Of a stretch of DNA of 64,000 bases, positions 50,161 through 62,707 are shown in pieces (the first letter of the stretch is position 1; each line of letters starts with the position of its first letter). The stretch comes from Octopus bimaculoides (Eukaryota). The position numbers were made by a program, and so were the translations under genes. Below the pieces are notes generated by a model that worked only from the letters and a program-made list of their open reading frames with translations, searched no databases and was not told the DNA's origin. The DNA lies in NCBI RefSeq assembly GCF_001194135.2, contig NC_068984.1, positions 37,791,636 to 37,855,635 on the forward strand, in the 5' to 3' direction.

Positions 50161-50481
50161 GACCTTGCGCGCACAAACATACCCACACATGCTTCCTTCT
50201 CTTGCACTCTCCTGTCTTGAAAGAACTTTTTCTTCACCCATTCCTTTCCGGTCATTTCAATATGTGACCGCGTGTGTATCGTTGGCGATTTTCTTTCTCC
50301 GTCTTCCCTTCTTTGGACTTGTAAAATGTCCGTGCGAACGTCGGGTTGCGTGTTCGAATCACAGGAGAGGTGAGGAAGAATGGCTCCTTTAGTACATCGC
50401 ACGGTCAATACAAATAAAAATATGAAAAGAGGATAAATGAGTACAAGTGCCAGAAGGAAAAGAGAGACACAACCGGTAGAA

Positions 50482-51274
50482 TGTTTATGAGAAGATTTTA
50501 TTTAGATGTTAACATGTGTGTGCGACATATAAACATAATAGTAGATAGGCCGTCATGTATACAAAGTCTATGTGTAAAAACATAGATGTATGCGTGTGCA
50601 ATAAGTACAGAGCATAGAAAGAGTCTATAATGACGTTAGAAGAATGTTCAGACACTAGGATGATAAATACCAGTTCGTAGTCAAGGTACACAGTAGTTGA
50701 GATGCTGTATCAAGAAGTTGAGGATGCAATGCAGAGCCAGGGAGAGGCACATGTCATATAAGAAGCGAAGCTGTGGCTATAATGCTGCTGCCGGTCTCTT
50801 GTTGCAGGAGGTTGTCGCAGGTTGTATTTGCTGTTAACCATGGTGAAGTAATTCACAAGCAGTGTGGAGATAGAACCTGTGCGAGCGTTGCTGGTTGCTG
50901 TCGTTAAAAAGATGATGGTGGCGACAGAGATGGAGGTCCTGAATGCTGCTGGACGAAGTGATGATGAGTCTCCAGGTGGCTGCTGTTGTGACGTTGCTGG
51001 AACTGGCTGTGTGCTCTGCGGTCAGTGGCTAGACCTCAGAAGGTCTGGAGCTGAAAGACATTCGAGACGGTGTGAAGGTAGCTTTTATAGCGTACTGTCC
51101 GTTCACCGGAAGTTTAGAAAAGACTGTCTCACGTGACCTTGCACTATACAAGCAGAAATCATCTTGTTATTCGTCTGATTTATAGCCATTTGAAGACAAA
51201 TCTGAAGAGCGCTGAGATGGCTACTGCTTGAACCATTTGAGTGGGTTCAGATCTCAGATCTCTTCCTCATAGCA
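50482..51274 (-). mobile_element. Probable solo LTR (~790 bp)
   Basis: TG...CA ends with imperfect inverted termini TGTTTATGAG / CTCATAGCA; on the minus strand GGTCACGTGA, ACTTCCGGT and GCTATAAAAG in promoter order, and AATAAA about 20 nt from the end; flanks AGAA/TGAA are only a partial TSD. Confidence 0.55.
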
Positions 51275-51330
51275 TGAAACTTTACGTAATTTGTTACAAA
51301 TAAAATAATGTATGTATCTATGTATGCATG

Positions 51331-51725
51331 CAGTGGCGGATACAGGGGTGTTGCCCTAGTTGCTCGGGCAACACCCTTTCTAGCCGAGCCGACGCCAAAA
51401 AAATATCCGAACCAAGGTTTAAGAAGGATTAAATTTTGAAAATACAAGCTTAAACTTTAATGATGGTTTTGTATGTAGTCATTAACTTGGATTATAAAGT
51501 GACCATAGGTAAATCAATACTCACCGCACTGTTGCAAATATAACATTGTAATTTTATTTCCAGCAATTTCACAGTATTACAGTTTCATATGCATATGGTC
51601 TGCTACAACAAAGTTAGAATACATAAAAATGTGTCCATTTGTTACGAATTGCGATTTCCACCTTATATAGTATTTTTTTCGAAACTTTTGGGCAACACCC
51701 CGAAAAAATCCTGGATCCCGCCCTG
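51331..51725. mobile_element. hAT-like MITE in microsatellite
   Basis: CAGTGGCGGATACAGG / CCTGGATCCCGCCCTG termini; GGGCAACACCC repeated subterminally at both ends. Confidence 0.7.
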
Positions 51726-51758
<33 letters not shown>

Positions 51759-52795
51759 CGCGCGCGCGTTTGTGTGCTATGGAGTATGGGGTAGGGATAG
51801 AAAAATAAAGCGAGACAAAAGAAAAAGACTGGTAGAAAATTAAGAATAAACATTTTTTAAAAAACAGTTAAAAACATATCCTGTTTTATGAAGCACGACA
51901 ATAAATGTTATTAACAGCTAATTGTATGGTTTGGATGTGTTAATCTAATTTGCATTCGGTGGAGGGAACATGTATTTGTACATTTTTTCTTTTTTTCCTT
52001 TCTTAATTTCGTTTCGCTTTTTATTTTTTCAAATTTCCGACATCCCATTAGACTTGTTTCCATGCACCAAACTGACAGGGCGATTAAAATTAAAACACGT
52101 TTTTGTTCACACTGATGTAATACTGTTCCTTCTTTGTACAGCATGTTCCTCTCCTTTCGTTTCTTTCATTTTCTTCAATTTTTGTCACAGGTTTAAATTT
52201 CTTGTACAGTTTTTGTTGTTTAACAATATTTTTTAGCGACTCAGCAAAATCTACCTAAAATAATAATAATAAAACAATATGTAATGTCTCTTCATACTTC
52301 GTTTGCTTTTTTAAGCGTTGACGTTTGCAGCCGGATTCCATTATTGAAAAAGGCTTACAAAAAAAAAAAAAAAAGCGTATATCTCATGATGATTTTTCTA
52401 ACGTATTCTGAGAAACAAGACAAAGAAAAGATTGTGTGTGTGTGTGTGTGTGTTTTGTATATGCATTTCTAGTATTGTGAAGTAGATTTTCTTTAAAGCA
52501 TGTTGAACACGTGGCTAAGTCATTTTAGCTGTCATTGTACAACGATTGTCCAAAATATTGAATGTTTTGAGTGTTCCATATCCATAAACAAACCTTAGTT
52601 TCATTCAGCATATGAAACCGTTAATCCAAACACATCTTCTCTCTCTCTCTCTCTCCGTTTCTTTCCTCATTCATTTCTGTTAAAGATTTTTCCATTTTTC
52701 CTGAAAGTCAAACTAATACACCTTGTTTGTAGTTCCCTCTTTTGTTTTTCGTACAAATATATATTCTCGTATATTTATTGTATCTTCAACCTTAC

Positions 52796-52863
52796 TTGGT
52801 TGGTCATCCGAATCCGAAGACATTGTTAAGCTCATCGGATTTACCTTCAAACCATTGTCTTGC
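52796..52863 (-). CDS. Candidate internal exon of an unknown gene (68 nt)
   Basis: ttcattcaatag|G...CAA|gtaagg splice signals; only one open frame, QDNGLKVNPMSLTMSSDSDDQP. Confidence 0.4.
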
Positions 52864-53169
52864 CTATTGAATGAATGGACGTTTTTCTATTTTCTTTACT
52901 TGCTCCCACCCTCTCTCCCTACCTACCTGTTTTTTATGTATGTGTTTTAACCTGAATATCTGTATAAGAATGCTTTTTATTTATTTTAATTGCCATTGTC
53001 ATTATTAATTTCTTTTCTAATATTACATCTTATTGTTACTGCAGATGTTTGGGAACGATGGATTTTCTGAATCCTTAACGCAGCAAACAAAATGCCTTGC
53101 GGTATTTAGTTGTTACCTCAACAAATTTTAAACTTCCGGATGAGCATGCATATCACGTTAGTACATAAA

Positions 53170-54250
53170 TGTGTGTTTCATTACTGTTTATTTGTGTGTG
53201 CGTATGTGTATTCCATATGTATATGTGGATGTGTGCCTGTTTTCAGTTCAGGAATTTCAAGTGGAGGATCTCTCAAATATTTTACAAATTTTCCCCGTAC
53301 TTCTAATCGATTACATTTGGAGAATGTTAATCATTTGACCTATTTCTTTCTATGAGAACCCCAACATTTCTAGTGTTTTTCTTTTAAGAATAGATCAGTT
53401 GTTACGTAACCCAATGCGCCTATAATGATAGATACAGATGAAAATATATTGCCATGATATATGGGCTGTAAATCTTTCGTTAGTTTTACTTAAACGTTTT
53501 CCTTTTTCTACGTTCTTGACGAGACATTCACATCCGCCGGGCAACCAATCTTTAAAACAATGCATTAGCTTTGTTCTCTGTTCCAGAACAATCTCGGGCA
53601 TAATGTGCTTTCACGGGGTTGCTATTGCTATTGGAGTGTTCCATCAGTATTCTATATTTTTTAAAGAGGTGGCTTTGGTATGGCCGTCAAGACAATCTTC
53701 CTTACGTAATGCATTGTAGACAGTTTTGGCGACTCTGTCAGATTTCAAGTTAAGGTAGTCTCTTGTGGACATTTTTGAACAGCAGATGATAATGTAAATG
53801 ATATCTTCCACACTAGTATGGCACAATCGACATTTTCTGTCACAATGCAGGATATAAGAGGCATCTTTATCTTTCTTGTTGATATGATATTTAGTAATTA
53901 TTTCCTGTTCATGGATAACAAAGGTATAACCTTCTAGGTGACATGTGATTTATTTACTGTAGATCCAAGAAAGACGATCATTCTTGTTAATTGTCAGTTA
54001 TTGATATTCCATAGCTTGCAGGACATGTACCCAGGCATAACTTTCTGCTGGTATGATTAGTATTTCGCTTCTGAGTCCCTGTTTAGATAGGTTAGCTCTG
54101 CTACTTTTATCAAACATGAAACAACTGTACACTCAGCAGAGTACTAGTTCACAGGTTTTTTGTCTAATTCCATCATATTATTACTTTCAATGTTAAGTAT
54201 TCATGTGATGTACTCGTTTCTTTCTTTATTGTTCAGTAGCTATTGTCTAA
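53170..54250 (-). mobile_element. Decayed R4-clade (restriction-like endonuclease) non-LTR element, 3' part
   Basis: HLEGYTFVIHEQEIITKY, zinc knuckle KCRLCHTSVEDIIYIIICCSKM, DRVAKTVYN, PEIV (PD-type nuclease position) and terminal STGKICKIF. Confidence 0.72.
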
Positions 54251-54619
54251 GTGAGGTAGTAAATGCTGTTTCGACTGATCTTATCCTCTACCTCCATCTC
54301 TCCGTTTAACATTGATCCTGTCTCAGTCACTGCTGATGTTGAAGTCACCGGTTGTTGTTAGTAACTTTCTTATTATGTATGTATAATAAAAATATATACA
54401 TACATAGAAACATAAATATATACATACACACATACACTGACATATGTATGCACACACACACACGCAGCGCACACATACACACACGTGTGCATGCAAACAT
54501 ACGGGCTGCAGTGAATAAACTGTCGTCTAGATTACACAAAAATGAAAATAACATTGACATCTCATTTTAACAGATATATTTACCAAAATTACGTAAAAGT
54601 ATCTTGAAATACTAAAGAG

Positions 54620-55172
54620 TAAATTTATTTTTAAAAATCACCATTGGCTTCAACCACAGCCTCCAAACGACTTCAGAATCTCCTACAACTCTACTGCACA
54701 GTTGTTTAAGTTGGTGAATGCTGCTTTAGATGTACTGTGGCCTAGCGTGGCAGAACCATCAAAGTAACAGCTCTGTTCATAAGGCTGGAAAAGAAGATAT
54801 TACTTCGCGAAAAAAGAACACCGTGTATTGAACATCTCGGAACCAAGTTGTAGTGTTTATGCCTTTTACTTGAGGTTTCAGATATGTACAAGTGGAATAA
54901 GTTATACAAAATATTTACAGATGAAGACCATATTCATCTTCTGTGGAATCCAAGTCATAGTGGCTTAATGCCTACTTGTTGTTGCTTGACTCATGGTTGT
55001 GCATCTATCCAAGGTGAGATTAAGAGCTGAGGAAGTCACGTCTTGCTCGCTGTGAGCCGCTGTGAAAAAAGAGAGAGAGACAAGTCCTAGAATTCCAAAG
55101 TTACACGCTACTCCGCGTAACGTTGCCATCACTAGTGATCACTCCAAACACCATGATGTTGACTGGATGTCT
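54620..55172 (-). mobile_element. Tc1/mariner transposase remnants
   Basis: HPVNIMVFGVITSDGNV at 55172-55120 and CRRF*SRLEAVVEANGDF at 54690-54630. Confidence 0.75.
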
Positions 55173-55805
55173 GCTTTGTTCCTTTCTGAAGGCCCAAAGA
55201 CCACGCTCAGCTTCAAACCAAATTCGGCAGCTAGCTCTCCTAGAATCCCTAAGCGACGCTTTACTAATATCTCTGTACCCCCTTTGGTTCGAACCCTCTT
55301 TTCATCGGTGATCACTGATCCTACCCACCCAAGCACAGTTGCCGAATCGGTTTGGATTTCGATGGAGTGCAGCCCCCATTTCAGGGCCAAGTTCACCCGC
55401 TTCAGCACAGCGTCCAACTCAGCCACATTGGTGTGGTTGTAATCATCTACTTTTCGAAGCCAAGCCGCGCCCTCCACTTCGACGCCTCCGATTTCCAGTA
55501 CAACCCCTGTCGCTATGCTGCTAGTATCGCACCATAGGGTCCCATTCTCCAATTTGGGCACGTACCAGTTTCCTCTTATTGGATCTTCTGCTCTTGTCCT
55601 CTCTAGGATCTCCCGCATCATCGCCACCGTCCCCTCTCCCACTTTGTCTCTCCAGTTCGCCCCGTCTGCTCGTCTCTTAGTGTAGCTGCACGCTGTTCGT
55701 AGCCACCCTGCGATTGGGTAGTGACCCACTAGTCTCCCACACATCGAGAATAGTTCTCTCCTGCTGACGCTGGTACTCAGCTCCAGGATCTCATTACCCC
55801 TCCGA
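55173..55805 (-). mobile_element. Second Gypsy fragment (RT-RNase H linker and RNase H), same family as 1578-3993
   Basis: EDPIRGNWYVP..WCDTSSIATGVVLEIGG..AAWLRK.DD.NH.NVAELDA..TDSATV..LVKRRLG is highly similar to 2979-3420. Confidence 0.92.
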
Positions 55806-55994
55806 AACTTTATTGATGGCTGGATTCATTCGCACAGTCCGTTAAAAGTCCAGTCTTGATATATTTAGGATGGCAAACCTTTAACGAATACCACTGAAAG
55901 TTTAAAACTCATTGGTTACCTTGTGCTTGGTTGAACTGGTTTACAAGTGCTGTTGCCCAGGAAATGGCACATTGCCGCATGTAGTCAGTTTGTG

Positions 55995-56318
55995 AAGCCA
56001 GTTTGAGCGTGGGTTAGTGGTTAGGGTATTCAGTTCACGATCGTATGGTCGTGAGTTCGATTTCTAGTGACGCGTTATATCCTTGAGCAAGATTCTTTAT
56101 TTCATGTTAGTCCAGTCCACTCGACTCGTAAAAGTGAGTTGTACCTGTAATTCAAAAGCCAGCCTTGTCACATTCTATCATGGTGAATCTCCCAGAGAAC
56201 TACGTTAAGCGTACGCGTGTCTGTGAAATGCTCAGTCACGTGAAAGTTAATTTCACAAGCAGGTTGTTCCGTTGATCGGATCAAATGGATCACAAGTCGT
56301 CGTAACCGACGGAGTGCT
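55995..56318 (+). mobile_element. tRNA-derived SINE (same type as 48100-48420)
   Basis: AGTGGTTAGGG..GAGTTCGATTTC head and family C tail ending CGACGGAGTGC. Confidence 0.8.
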
Positions 56319-56326
56319 AGCTATAG

Positions 56327-56370
<44 letters not shown>

Positions 56371-57159
56371 TTGATTGTGGTTGGTTAAAGCAGAGAACAC
56401 TCAGCTATACGAATTGCGTGAGGGTGTATAATATAGTGATCACTATTAGACTACACACATACACAAACGCACGTATCTATCTCACACACTCTATCTATGC
56501 TTATATTTATAAGTGTACATTTAATGTTGGTGAAGATCAAGCAAGCAATTATGTATATTTTAGTATGTTTGCATATGTCACTTACCATTTTGATCAAGTA
56601 TTAAATTCAATATTTGGACTTACATAGAAAGAGCCCTATGCAATTTGTATACAGTCTAGAATTTCATCGACTCTACATTCATTTCTTCACTAATTTTTAT
56701 AGACATGAAATCCTTTAAAAGATATGAGAGTAGCGTCATGTATGTAACCGCAAAGAAAGTGATAGCTTACCATAATTAGTCATTACCCTTCCTTTAATTT
56801 GTTTATTTTTGTTTGTAGTTTTCATAATTAATTTCGTTATTTCGTTATTTTATTTGTTTTATGTCAATTCATTCTCACATTTATATTTTTGTCAATCGCC
56901 CCACCCCCGTGGAGCAACTGTCAACGAGTTCAGGCTGTACCAGGATAGACGTCCTGGAGGAGCCTCGATGTTGCCAGTTTCCTGTCACCTCTTGAGCCTG
57001 TTTGTCTTCGACCGTAGCGATCGGACGGGATAACCCTTTTCCCGTTTGAGGGATGAGTGCAAGTCGCTTATCTGGGACGCCATCCTGTTGCGACACATTT
57101 TTTTTTTGTGTCGATCTTGTCCTCTCAATCATTGACCCGGGAACCTGTAAAGCAGAAGA

Positions 57160-57196
57160 GCGGAAGATGGCCAAATACCAATTATTAACGGTAAGC
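57160..57196 (+). promoter_or_regulatory. Candidate transcription start/first exon: ETS-YY1 composite, ATG and splice donor
   Basis: GCGGAAGATGGCC overlapping ATG GCC AAA TAC CAA TTA TTA ACG|gtaagc (MAKYQLLT, phase 0) in a CpG-richer island. Confidence 0.4.
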
Positions 57197-58590
57197 ATTC
57201 CTATTCCCTTTGTCTCTATTAAGAGACTGCCAGTTAAGCAGTCTGCAAACTGTCGCGTTCCTCCCTCAAAATGAGATGAAAACGTTGCACCAAGGAAAGA
57301 AATTCCATAGGTTAGGGGATACCACTGTCTGTTCTTCGCTGGCAAACTTTTGCCATCTTGTGCGTGGGGCGTAGATGACATAAGTTCTTCAACGGTGTGT
57401 GGATTTTAGTTGTCATAACATATTTATAGCTACTGTTATTAAAGATGTTATTAAGTCCAACAATTTGCCCAGATGACACATTCTTGACAGTTGGTTCAAT
57501 TAAATGAATTATGAGTTAGCAACGTTCGTTATTTACGTTTATTCACTCAGAAGAAAACAGTTTATATATTTGTAATTTTTCGCCCCCCCCCCCCCAAAAA
57601 AAAAATTGAGGATTTAAAAAAAATATTATTTTCATGCCTTTATGTGTTTGTGTGCGCGTGATTGTTTTTGTCCCCCACCATTGCTTGACAACTAGTGTTG
57701 GTTTATTTACGTCCCTGTAACTCAGCAGTTCAGCCAAAGAGACTGATAGAATAGGTACCAAGCTTTAAAAAACAAATTGAATAAGTACTGGGATCATTCG
57801 TTTGGTGATTCTCCTGTATGATTGCTGTCAAAAGACCAGAGCAAATAAAAGTTAAAAGATATAAATTATAAAAAATATAATAAAATAAAAGTGAATATGA
57901 CTTGCTCTCACCTTCATCAGAAGATCTAATGAAGCATCTTCTATTATAGCCCAGGCCAACCAAAGCCTTTGAATGGATTTGGTTGACAGAAACTGAAAGA
58001 AGCCTATCATATCATCATCATCATCATTTAGCATTTGTGTTCAATGCTGTCATGGGTTTGACAGAATTCAGTGTGACCAAGGACTGCATTATGCTCCAGT
58101 GTCTGCTTTGGAATGGTTTCTACAACTGGATGCCCTTCCTAATGTAACCACTTTACAATGTGGACAGGGTATTTTTTTTTTACTTGTACTATTGAGGTTG
58201 CCCTGCAGCCCTCAAAACAACAATCCCTGAGGTGGGGACAGGTTGGGGGCGTTCAGTTTCATGAGAGGATCTGCATGGTGATTCATAACTAGTAGAGAAA
58301 GAGAAAATGAACAGTAAGGGCTGCAAGAGACAGATAATGGCAACAAAGTGCTTAGGTGGCCGCACAGAGCACTAGGTGAGTTGAAGAATTGGTATGCAAG
58401 GTTATATGGGAAGGAGAATGAAGGGATGAAAAGGCAGACTGCCAGAATGGGTAGGGTACAAGGGTTGATGAGCAAAGAGCCATGAATTAGGGAGATAGAG
58501 GGATGCAGAAGAGAGTGGAGGGGTGAGCAGTAGGAGTAGTAAAGATGATACAGTTGTCAGGGTGGAAAACAAGAGAGAGTGGGATGATAT

Positions 58591-58720
58591 TATTCACATT
58601 AATCACATTTGATGGATATTTGTCCTCATCTTGTTTGTTGCTAACAACAAACAAAATTTGGACAAATATCTGTCAAATGTAAATAATGTACATAATTCCT
58701 CATCTCTTAAATATAGAACT
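58591..58720. mobile_element. Penelope terminal fragment in inverted (fold-back) arrangement with 12-bp TSD
   Basis: Homologous to 44076-44125; arms 58605-58640 / 58645-58680 are inverted; flanked by GTGGGATGATAT at 58579-58590 and 58721-58732. Confidence 0.75.
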
Positions 58721-58879
58721 GTGGGATGATATAGTTGGGTAGTCTGCAGGAGCTGGTGGGGGATAGGGAGAAGAGGCAGGTCTAATGCTCAGGAAAAGGG
58801 GTATGAGTCACTGTAATGTGGGCAAAGAGCACAATTTGTAGCACTTCCAGAACTCAGTTTTACTGATAAAAGTGGGTCT

Positions 58880-59335
58880 TTTAAAGAATATTCATATTGC
58901 CAGAGATCCTGGCCCTTTGTCAGGCTCTGAGTCCTGAGGTCACCCTTTACCACTTCATCTCATTTCTTCATGGGTTACCCACATCTGCAAGCTCCAGTTA
59001 CATTTAGTGATCAGCACTTTTTTATGCAGCTGTCCTCATCCAAATCCATCACATGTCCATACCAGTGTAGGCTTCTTTCCTGCATACAACATCTAATTCT
59101 TCTTATGCCCAGTTTTTTTCACTCAGCATTTTTGTTCTAACTCTTTCTTGCTTACTTACAATGCATATCTGACAGAGTATGCTTGCCTCATTTCCTTTCA
59201 GTCCTCTGCATTCAAGGCCCTTGTCTCACTACCATGCAGCATTGCAGTTCTAGCACAAGCATCGTAGTTTGCCTGTCACTCTTAGAGAAAAGATCTTTGT
59301 TGTCAGCAATAGTAGTAGACTCCTGAACTTTCTCC
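58880..59335 (-). mobile_element. RTE-clade LINE 3' remnant
   Basis: Minus strand KFRSLLLLLTTKIFSLRV..GNEASIL..DEVVKGDLRTQSLT pattern. Confidence 0.7.
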
Positions 59336-61089
59336 ATGTGTATGTCTTTGTGTTTGTGTTTATCTCTCACCACTCAATTGACAACTGGTGTTGGTTTGTT
59401 TACATACTCATAACTTAGCAGTTTGGCCAAAAAAAAACAATAGAATAAGTACCAAACCTAAAAAATAAGTACTGAGATCACTTTGTTTGACTAAACTGTT
59501 CAAAGTGGTGTCCCTGCCTGGTTGTAGTCCAATGACTAAAACAACTATATAATAAAAGATGAAAGATGTACTCAGACATCATCCACAGTCAAACTAAAAT
59601 CATACAAGAACTTCTTTCCATGAATGAAGAGCTAATAGTGTACACTAATAGTATAGCAAATTCATCAGTCAAGCAACTGACCATCAACAGAGAATCTATG
59701 TTTGGCTCAATGTGAGTAAATCTATAGAAATAGTGAATCTAAAACATGATCTGTTTATATCAAATATGTGGAACTATTTTGGAGAAGAGTTTACCTTGAA
59801 TAAACTCCTGAGCTTTAGAGAATGTTCTGGAAATAAGATAATAACTCTTAATAGCTGAGGTGTAGCTTGCACCACATTGAGGAATAGGACAAATGTGTCT
59901 ATCAAACCAATACCTAATCTAGGACTGAAGGGGCCTCTACTTAGTCACTCAACCTGCTAGAAATAGCAAACAAATTAAATTCATGATCCCCAATGACATA
60001 TATTCTCTTTATTGCAGCCCATTCATATTGTGCAAGGTTTTTCTAACCTTATCAATGTTGCAGAATGATATTTAAGCCACAAAGTCATACCTTCAATCTT
60101 GACTGACTGGATTAGCTTTGCTCTCCATTGCTGTGCACTTAGTTTTTGAAGTGTACTGTCATAAAGTAATACAATGGCTCCCAATTTTTTCATCACCAAG
60201 GGCCCCTATCATTGAAACGAATTTTGCTATAGATCCTAGACTTTCGAAGAGCTGCTTACTCAAGAGGTTTTTTTTAAATTTATCTTTTATTAACAAAAAA
60301 TAAACTTAATTTTTCAGTTTCATTTTTTAATTGAAAGATATATGTGACTGAATAATTATATGTTAACTGACTAATTATAAATTCTGAGCACAACTCATGG
60401 GACCCCAGGCTGAGAAACATTGAAGTAACAGATGACTCTTCAAGAATAAAGTTTAGATTAAAACAGCTTGTAGTTATTGCATACATTTTCCCTGCTTCAT
60501 TTTGTTTTTTATCTTTTGTTTATGTATTTGTTTTGCAAGATTCTTGATGTGAAAACATGTGTTGAAACAGATTGTGTTACACTTGGGGACAGTCATTTTT
60601 TTTCAATTAAACACACACACTATTTATTTGATCTTCACTTTAGTTTTTATTTGTATTATTTTTAGTTTATATGTTTGTCAAAGTTCTTTTGTCACAAACT
60701 CTATGACCTATTGAGTGGCTCTCTGGGAAAAAGCAGGACAAGAGGAGACATGGGACAGAGAGCTACTGAAGAGGTTACAGAAGGTGTGATGAAAGAACTT
60801 TGACAGATGTATAAGCTAAAAATAATGTGAATAAAAACTAAAGCGAAGATCAAATAAATAGTGTGTGTATTTAATTGGCAGAAAGTGACCATCCCAAAGT
60901 ATAACAATGTTTTTTTTATTTTATTTTATTTAAAATAATAACTTGCCTTTTTTTTTTTAAATTAAGATTTGTGAATAACTATCAAACCTTTTGTGTGTGT
61001 GTGTGAATTTTGCCCACTCTCCTTTTGTATTTTTGCACACTTTTTTATCTCACTCACCCTCTCCAGTCATCTGTACCACTTATATATCC

Positions 61090-61340
61090 CTACCTGTAAC
61101 TTGAGGGTACACCCCAACACATCTTCATAAGGAGTCTTGTCTTGCAAGTTAATTGGTGAACTTGCTGATGCTGGTGTGATGTAAAAAGCACCCAGTACAC
61201 TGTATGAAGTATCCAGCAATAGAAACTATGCTAAAGCAGACAGCAGAGTTTGATGCAGTTCTCTGGAGCACCAGCTCCTGTCAAATCGTTCAACCCCTAC
61301 CAGCATGGAAAACTGACATTAAATGATGATGATGATGACA
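61090..61340 (+). mobile_element. RTE-tail short element ending in (GAT)n
   Basis: ..CAACCCCTACCAGCATGGAAAACTGACATTAAATGATGATGATGATGA; reverse-oriented relative at about 58010-58180. Confidence 0.6.
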
Positions 61341-61975
61341 ACGATAAACATAACAATTATGTACTTCTTTTGAAAATGTACTATCCTTGTTTGGTTTTAA
61401 ATACAAGTTAAAAATGTAGACGAATTTGAAAGTCCAGGCATCTCTTAAACTCTAAATCTGGCTATATAGCCTTGGTTTTGAGCTGAAATGCATATAATAC
61501 AACCAAGTTATACATACTTAGCATACAAATACATCTGGAGCAGGAGCCTCTATAATGTCACTCAGCCTACTAGAAATAATAGCTAAATCTCTCTAAAAAT
61601 CAAACCTACTGTTTTAAATATAAACCTCTCCTCAAAAAGTATATATATATATATATATATATATATNNNNNNNNNNNNNNNNNNNNNNNNNNNNNNNNNN
61701 NNNNNNNNNNNNNNNNNNNNNNNNNNNNNNNNNNNNNNNNNNNNNNNNNNNNNNNNNNNNNNNNNNNNNNNNNNNNNNNNNNNNNNNNNNNNNNNNNNNN
61801 NNNNNNNNNNNNNNNNNNNNNNNNNNNNNNNNNNNNNNNNNNNNNNNNNNNNNNNNNNNNNNNNNNNNNNNNNNNNNNNNNNNNNNNNNNNNNNNNNNNN
61901 NNNNNNNNNNNNNNNNNNNNNNNNNNNNNNNNNNNNNNNNNNNNNNNNNNNNNNNNNNNNNATATATATATATAT

Positions 61976-62248
61976 AAACAGTGTATAGATGCCTGTAGAT
62001 GTTTACCTCCCAAGTCAGCTTTGGTTCAGCAAAACTATGTCCAAATGCATTCCAGCTATGACCATCCTATCATTTTAGGAGTATGTTGATTACATTGTGT
62101 AATATATATCATCATCATCATCATCACAATGTAATCAACATACTCCTAAAATGATAGGATGGTCATAGCTGGAATGCATTTGGACATAGTTTTGCTGAAC
62201 CAAAGCTGACTTGGGAGGTAAACATCTACAGGCATCTATACACTGTTT
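61976..62248. repeat. Perfect 124-bp inverted repeat with 25-bp spacer, next to an assembly gap
   Basis: 61976-62099 is the exact reverse complement of 62125-62248. Confidence 0.92.
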
Positions 62249-62707
62249 TTAATGTACACATACATGCAGATGTGTTTCCTTTATAAATATAAACATGCAA
62301 ACACAAGGTGGTTAATGCATACACCATAGAATAATATATCTAATTTACATATACACACATATACTAATATAACATTAATTCAAACTGATACATAATAATA
62401 AAACGTGTAACACATACACACACATCCAAAGAATATTTAACTTCCCTGAACACAAAATCCACCCGTTGAAAAAGAAAAACAAGGGAAAGTACCCCCATCT
62501 GTAAAAATATTTTCCATTATGTCACCACATGATTAGTGGCACCAAGTAAGCAAATTATGGGTTAAGAAGAGTGTAACTCTTATCATGAGTTTAGAGAAGT
62601 ACAATGACCTTGTGGGTCTAGAAACCAGCTTCTGAACTCATATTATATAAATAGTTGCCATCAATTAGAACGATTTGTGTTTTGTTATTAATGTTGTATT
62701 TTAGGGT

